From contig CP070761.1 of NCBI GenBank assembly GCA_020348985.1, positions 2,195,889 through 2,211,959 on the forward strand: a stretch of DNA of 16,071 nucleotides. The letters are read 5' to 3'. A program made the translations under genes and the position numbers. Numbering within the stretch: position 1 is the first letter of the stretch; each line of letters opens with the position of its first letter. Shown one piece after another: positions 9,000-13,860 of the stretch. Below the pieces are notes generated by a model. The model ran no database searches. It was given only the letters and a program-made list of their open reading frames with translations, and was not told the origin of the DNA. Source of the stretch: Candidatus Thorarchaeota archaeon (GTDB taxonomy: Archaea; Asgardarchaeota; Thorarchaeia; Thorarchaeales; Thorarchaeaceae).

Positions 9000-9107
9000 C
9001 TGTGCCGAAACGTGAGAATCTTGAGAGCTTTTGTATCGGAATAGATTTCAATCACCTCTCTATACGGAAGTCACGCGTTTTACACAGAATCTTTTGGGGT
9101 TTTTCGC

Positions 9108-10382
9108 GTGTCCGAAGAAGTCAAGGTCTTTCGGTATCGTTGGGCAGTACTGCTTGTGTTCGGTCTGGTCTTCATGATTGGGCAGATGATGTGGCTTGTA
9201 TTCTCTCTAATCCGGAACGAGGTCACTCCGGTCCTGGGACTGCCTCCAGGAGACCCAAGCGTAGTTCTACTTACCGCTTCGCAGCCTCTTGCGTTCATAA
9301 TTCTCTCGATTCCTGTAGGACTGCTTGCAGATCGAAAGGGACTGGTTGTGGTGGCGGGACTCGGCTCGATACTCCAGGCGTTGTTTGGCACCCTCAGGAT
9401 ATTCATCATCAATGACTTCATCTTGATTTTTCTCGCCCAGTTCGGTCTCTCGATTGGCTCTGTTATGATCCAGAACTGTATCGTCTATCTCAGCGTAAGC
9501 TGGTTCCCAAAGGGCGAGCGAGGACTTGCAACTGGAATAAGCACACTCTTCATGCTCCTTGGGATGCTCTTGGGAACAGCGTTGAGCATGATTCTTTGGA
9601 CTGCTCCCCTCTATAGTGACCCGGGCTACACTGTGTTCCTCGCTCAGGAAAACTTGACCTGGATACTTCAGCTTGACGCGGCATTGGCCATTGTACTGAC
9701 AGTCATCTTCTTCGCCGTCGCAAGAGACAAGCCTCCGCAACCTCCAGACATCGACGTGCTTGCCGAGGCGACTCCGAGCGTCAAGAGGATGCTCAGGGAC
9801 AGGAACGTTTGGATCATCGCAATCGGGTTCTTCGCGGGCTTTGGCATATTCATTGGTCTCACAGCGATCATCGAGGAACTGCTCTTGAGCTTGGGGATTC
9901 CGGTTGAGGCAGGTCTTGGAAGTCCAGCTATAGTCATGATACTCCTCCTAGCGTTTGGAATAGTCGGCGCTGTGGTCGTGCCCGGAATATCCGACAAGAT
10001 TCAGAAGAGAAAGCCGTTCCTTATAGTCGCAATGGCTGTTGGCACTTTTGCAACTCTGATTCTGGGAACAAGTACGATGCTCGAGCTCACTTATGTCTCA
10101 TCCGCGATTCTAGGATTCTTCCTGATTGCAGTGATGCCCATAGCTCTCTCTGTCCTTGAGGAATTCGAGACTGTGGGGCCAGACCTGTCAGGCGCGAGCA
10201 CAGGGCTGGCATTCTGGTTCGGCAATCTTGGCGGCTTCCTTGGATCGATTCTTCTTGAGGTATTCAGGGTGGGAACGTCTTACTTCTACTCAGTGCTCTA
10301 TCTTGTCGTCGTAATGGGAGTGGCGACTCTGCTGATACTCACAGTTCCCGAGACAGCGGGAGGGAGCAAAGAGAACCCATAA
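9108..10382 (+). CDS. MFS transporter, 12 TM, SLC49/FLVCR-like
   Basis: MFS motif A variants 'GLLADRKG' and 'GISDKIQKRKP', 'WFPKGERGLATGI', N-terminal 'FRYRWAVL' and a 'PPQPP' central-loop motif typical of FLVCR/SLC49-like MFS proteins. Confidence 0.9.
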   Translation: MSEEVKVFRYRWAVLLVFGLVFMIGQMMWLVFSLIRNEVTPVLGLPPGDPSVVLLTASQPLAFIILSIPVGLLADRKGLVVVAGLGSILQALFGTLRIFIINDFILIFLAQFGLSIGSVMIQNCIVYLSVSWFPKGERGLATGISTLFMLLGMLLGTALSMILWTAPLYSDPGYTVFLAQENLTWILQLDAALAIVLTVIFFAVARDKPPQPPDIDVLAEATPSVKRMLRDRNVWIIAIGFFAGFGIFIGLTAIIEELLLSLGIPVEAGLGSPAIVMILLLAFGIVGAVVVPGISDKIQKRKPFLIVAMAVGTFATLILGTSTMLELTYVSSAILGFFLIAVMPIALSVLEEFETVGPDLSGASTGLAFWFGNLGGFLGSILLEVFRVGTSYFYSVLYLVVVMGVATLLILTVPETAGGSKENP

Positions 10383-10661
10383 CGTTCCTTTGTAGTCGGC
10401 ATGGCGTGAGCTCCGCAGATGAATGGGGCCTCCAATCGTGAGACTGCCTTGTCATTTCTCAGCACTGTGATGTTAGGAAGAATCCGAGAGGCATACGACA
10501 GGGACGTCAGTCAAGACTTCACCCACCGCAACTCGCGTGTCACTGGGGTATACCGATGGTTATGACTACTGGGAACCGGGAGGGGCTCCGGATGATGACT
10601 GGGATATCGGAGCAGATTGATATGCAATATGCATCATTAACGGTGTGATTGTACGTATCAC

Positions 10662-11159
10662 CTACTCAGAAGTTACCCCGTAATACGTCATCATGTTGAC
10701 ATCGAGGCCGCTCAACTTGAGATACATCCAAAGCTGCATTTTGTGCATTGCAATGTGCCGAGTCATCTCAGGAATATAGTAGGCCCAGTTGTGCTCCTCT
10801 CCCGTTTCATAGAACGGGCGCAGATTCTTCGCAAGCAGCTCGTCGTCAGACATTTCGGCGAATCGTTCGCTTGCATCCTCCACGCCTTCATCGAACAGAA
10901 TAAGGGCGTCGTCAACATCTTTGCACCATAGATCCTTCTCCACCTTCTGCGCGGCCTCCATGGATTCTAGCTCACCTGAATAGAAACTTGGGTCTAGTGT
11001 TGGGATCTGTGCAATATGGTTCACCAATGCCTCGAGAGTCCTCAATCCCTTCTTTGGTGCAAAGCGAGACTTGGCCTTTCTTGCTACGTCAATAACGACT
11101 CTGGCCTGTTTTGCCTCGTGTTTGAAACTGTCCAACAAGACTTCGACTATACGTGTCAA
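10662..11159 (-). CDS. DinB/YfiT-family four-helix-bundle protein (putative metal-dependent thiol transferase or hydrolase)
   Basis: 'FAPKKGLRTLEALVNHIA' and 'RHIAMHKMQLWMYLKLSG' supply the DinB His triad. TTG start with strong GGAGGTG RBS (11165-11171, minus strand). This is not DNA polymerase IV. Confidence 0.88.
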   Translation of the reverse strand: MTRIVEVLLDSFKHEAKQARVVIDVARKAKSRFAPKKGLRTLEALVNHIAQIPTLDPSFYSGELESMEAAQKVEKDLWCKDVDDALILFDEGVEDASERFAEMSDDELLAKNLRPFYETGEEHNWAYYIPEMTRHIAMHKMQLWMYLKLSGLDVNMMTYYGVTSE

Positions 11160-11392
11160 TCTTGCACCTCCTATCAGTCTAGGAATGAGCTCGGCGCTAA
11201 ATCAATCTCTCGGCGTGATAGAGATTTGATTCCAGTGAAGCGCCAAGCCAAAGAGCTCTCAAGCAGACTGGGTCAACACTTCTATGAATCCGGGGCTGTC
11301 GTTTCTAACAGATGAATCATGGTCTGCACTGCGAAAAGGATCTCCTGGCAAGCGTACTCTCCAGGCCTGATTCACAATATAGATGCAAGGTG

Positions 11393-11527
11393 CTAATCTT
11401 TGCTATTACTTCTCGGTTCTGACAATGCCTTCTCTTGAGCCATCTTCAATAACCGATGGGGTGAGTGACCACTCATCACGCGGTTTCTTACATATTTCCT
11501 CTTAGAATTGATCTTGATTTTTTCCAT
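11393..11527 (-). CDS. Possible small basic protein (44 aa)
   Basis: ATG at 11527 with AGGAG 9 nt upstream gives MEKIKINSKRKYVRNRVMSGHSPHRLLKMAQEKALSEPRSNSKD. It is co-oriented with its neighbours in an otherwise empty gap of about 580 bp. No family recognised. Confidence 0.35.
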   Translation of the reverse strand: MEKIKINSKRKYVRNRVMSGHSPHRLLKMAQEKALSEPRSNSKD

Positions 11528-11743
11528 TTTTTGTGTCTCCTGTTCGCGTGAGGCTAGTCTATTCTGCAGTCTAGGTAACTGCAGTAGCCGAAAAAACAGA
11601 CGCTCCATGGTCACAATCGATACCGATTTGGCCGTGCTGTGGTTCCAAGTTAACCCGTTAATTCTTCTCTCACTTTCAGTTATCTAACGTCCGTGGGTGG
11701 CCTAATAAACCTAGGTATCTCCTCATTGTACTTCGATTCGACG

Positions 11744-11995
11744 TCATTTTGTGACGGGAAGCTTGGCTTGATCCTTCAACCAATGTGGGTGGACACCAAT
11801 GCTCTTCATTAGAGTGTCACACGGGAAATCATCACACTGTGTACAATACAAGAGGCCTCTATCCTTTCTACAGCATGTATTGATTTCGCAATTAGGCCTA
11901 CTCTCAGTCCCGCAACCCTTGCACTCCTCATTCATGTAGTATCTGCATGAACCACAGTAAAGCAAACAAGGAGTTGCCAACGTATCAGAATCCAC
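11744..11995 (-). CDS. DUF3795-family cysteine-rich (metal or Fe-S binding) small protein
   Basis: 83 aa with 11 Cys in the pattern PCxxxCxxC...CxGC...CxIxxCC...CxxCxxFPC. Start reassigned to GTG 11995 with GGAGTG RBS (12004-12009), removing the overlap in the ORF track. Confidence 0.85.
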   Translation of the reverse strand: MDSDTLATPCLLYCGSCRYYMNEECKGCGTESRPNCEINTCCRKDRGLLYCTQCDDFPCDTLMKSIGVHPHWLKDQAKLPVTK

Positions 11996-12026
11996 AACCG
12001 TTACACTCCATATTGCTACTATCACT

Positions 12027-12311
12027 CTATACGATTCTGAAGAACCTCCGTTGCTCAGCGCGCCATCTGTTGAGGTCAATCTCAAGCTCGTCAATCCTCG
12101 GTCGATTAGCATAGTAGAGGGGCTGTCTCATGTCATGCAAGTTGTGTCTTCTCTTGCAGAGCCCAGATTTCCGGAGAAGCTTCAGAGCAAATGACACTGT
12201 CCGTATAGGAATCTTGACTCTGATGCTGAGCTCACCGGGTGTGAGTGGCCCTTCCTTGGCTAGTTTGTCAAGTACCAAGACAGCACTCTTGGGAATCTTA
12301 GCAGGTTTCAT
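12027..12311 (-). CDS. Small archaeal winged-helix (MarR-like) transcriptional regulator
   Basis: 'IPKSAVLVLDKLAKEGPLTPGEL...RTVSFALKLL...NLHDMRQPLY' matches the archaeal wHTH family with a D[AM]RQxLY wing motif. Confidence 0.85.
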   Translation of the reverse strand: MKPAKIPKSAVLVLDKLAKEGPLTPGELSIRVKIPIRTVSFALKLLRKSGLCKRRHNLHDMRQPLYYANRPRIDELEIDLNRWRAEQRRFFRIV

Positions 12312-12353
12312 TCCAGAACCCCTCTTCAGCCGAAGCTCATATCCAGCAATGAA

Positions 12354-12424
12354 TTTGTTACACTTGTTGTGTGTAACATTACGTTAATAAGGATTACTTT
12401 TGTTACACTGAATGTGTGTAACAA
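12354..12424. promoter_or_regulatory. Two TGTTACAC-N7-GTGTAACA operators flanking a central AT-rich (TATA-like) element
   Basis: Perfect 8-bp palindromic arms at 12356-12378 and 12401-12423, 45 bp apart. The two 25-mers (12354-12378 and 12399-12423) are identical at 22 of 25 positions. TTAATAA lies between them at 12384-12390. Confidence 0.85.
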
Positions 12425-12455
12425 GTACTAGAAGCTGAAAGCCAAGGTGGATTGC

Positions 12456-13286
12456 ATGCCTGCGGACAGAGATGAGCTAATCCAAACCCTAGTCGATGAG
12501 ATGGGTCTCACTCCATATGAGGCCAAAGCCTATGTGGCAATTCTCTACCATGGTCCGTTGACTCCGAAGGGTGTGAATCAGAAATCAGGAATACCAAGAC
12601 CAAGGACATACGATGTTCTAAACAGTCTAGTGGGCAAAGGGCTGCTGATGGAGCAACCTGGAAAACCCCCCAAGTACAGTGCAGTTGATCCCAAGATTGG
12701 ACTGAAGAAGCTGATGGAAGATCTTGAAGAGAAGATGGTTCGAGACGTCAAGCATGGATGGACGGCTGTAGAGTCACTCGTATCTTCCCTATCAGGACCA
12801 TACACCACAGCAAAAGATGAGACATCAGAAGAGGATTTGGTTTGGGTCACGCGGAAAGATCGAGCAATGATTGCACGCTACAGCGAAGCTATTAGGAGTG
12901 TGAGAAAGGAACTCGTAGTGGCGACGGCTTTAGCAACTCCCCCTGATAAGGAAGTGTTGGCGGCGGTCAGACACATCCTGAAACGCAAGAAGTCATCGAG
13001 GGTGATACGTCCCATCGGTTCCAACTGGTCAAAAGACGATCTCAATGAGTATGGGGAACTGATCAAACTTGGGGACGACATAAGACATCTGGAGTACGCT
13101 GGATTGACCTTTGCAGTTTTTGATCGAAAGGAGGTTGTGTTGTGGCTGCCACCTCATCCGTCCACAACGACAGTCTGGATCAAGCTACCTCAGCTAGCGG
13201 AAATCCTAATGTCCCATTTTGAAACACTATGGGAGCAGGGCAAACCTGCAGGGCCCCTACTCAAGGAGTATTTGGTAGACAAGTGA
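12456..13286 (+). CDS. TrmB-family transcriptional regulator
   Basis: 'MGLTPYEAKAYVAIL...SGIPRPRTYDVLNSLVGKGL...GKPPKYSAVDP' is the TrmB wHTH. It is followed by a coiled coil and an effector domain ('FAVFDRKEV...FETLW'). ATG 12456 follows AAGGTGG (12444-12450). Confidence 0.92.
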   Translation: MPADRDELIQTLVDEMGLTPYEAKAYVAILYHGPLTPKGVNQKSGIPRPRTYDVLNSLVGKGLLMEQPGKPPKYSAVDPKIGLKKLMEDLEEKMVRDVKHGWTAVESLVSSLSGPYTTAKDETSEEDLVWVTRKDRAMIARYSEAIRSVRKELVVATALATPPDKEVLAAVRHILKRKKSSRVIRPIGSNWSKDDLNEYGELIKLGDDIRHLEYAGLTFAVFDRKEVVLWLPPHPSTTTVWIKLPQLAEILMSHFETLWEQGKPAGPLLKEYLVDK

Positions 13287-13300
13287 CTGGCAGAACACGC

Positions 13301-13846
13301 TCATATGATCGGGGATTCTTCGGCATTCTCTAGTGAGTCGATTTGTTCTGTCAAACTCAAGATGTTATCTCTGAGTAGAACCGCAGTCAATGGCCCAAAT
13401 GGAAGAGGAAGCACAGGTATGAATGTCTGTGCAGCAGTAGGAGCACCAAGGAATAACCCGAGATGGGCGGCTGTCCATATGACAGTCACTATCACCATGG
13501 CTAGCAGAACGCCCTTTCGTGTAGACCTTTCTCTTGAGAGTCTGCGAAGCTGCCAAGTCGCTGCTATGCCAGCAATCAGGGCTGGCCCTGAAATGAGAAG
13601 TAGCTCGCCTGGATAGGGGAGGATGAACTCGAAGGACAACTGCATTACCTGAGGCCATAAATCCAAACGTCCGAGAAAGAAGAAGAAACTGAAAACGTCA
13701 CCAAGCCCGTAATCCTGAAACGCTATCGCATTGGGTGTGAAGAAGACAATCAAGATAGGAAGTAGTTCGCGGTCGGTTCTCCTCGTTCTCAAGTCGAGGA
13801 CTTTGTCTGTCGTAGCTGGCTCTTCGTGAGTGTCTTCAAGTGCCAT
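13301..13846 (-). CDS. Membrane protein of unknown function (about 4 TM), likely co-transcribed with the upstream surface protein
   Basis: 181 aa from ATG 13846, with GAGGAGAGG immediately after the upstream stop codon. Several hydrophobic segments. Confidence 0.75.
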   Translation of the reverse strand: MALEDTHEEPATTDKVLDLRTRRTDRELLPILIVFFTPNAIAFQDYGLGDVFSFFFFLGRLDLWPQVMQLSFEFILPYPGELLLISGPALIAGIAATWQLRRLSRERSTRKGVLLAMVIVTVIWTAAHLGLFLGAPTAAQTFIPVLPLPFGPLTAVLLRDNILSLTEQIDSLENAEESPII

Positions 13847-13860
13847 AGACCCTCTCCTCA

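Noticed and set aside
8687-9415. 242-aa + strand ORF spanning two genes
   Set aside because: It is an alternative frame overlapping two well-supported membrane-protein genes, with Ser/Arg/Cys-rich, non-protein-like composition.
10592-10640. Possible box C/D sRNA (ATGATGA at 10592-10598, CAGA at 10613-10616)
   Set aside because: No CTGA D box at the expected distance and no convincing C' box.
10662-11159. DNA polymerase IV (dinB) reading of the DinB name
   Set aside because: It is a 165-aa helical His-triad protein of the DinB/YfiT superfamily, unrelated to Y-family polymerases.
11996-12112. N-terminal extension of DUF3795 overlapping the wHTH gene (possible overlap or frameshift fusion)
   Set aside because: A GTG with a good RBS at 11995 explains the gene without overlap, and the wHTH has its own stop codon.
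12354-12424. The two 25-bp near-identical repeats as a mini-CRISPR or transposon ends
   Set aside because: Only two copies with a 20-bp gap, no cas or transposase genes, and the position between divergent regulators fits operators better.
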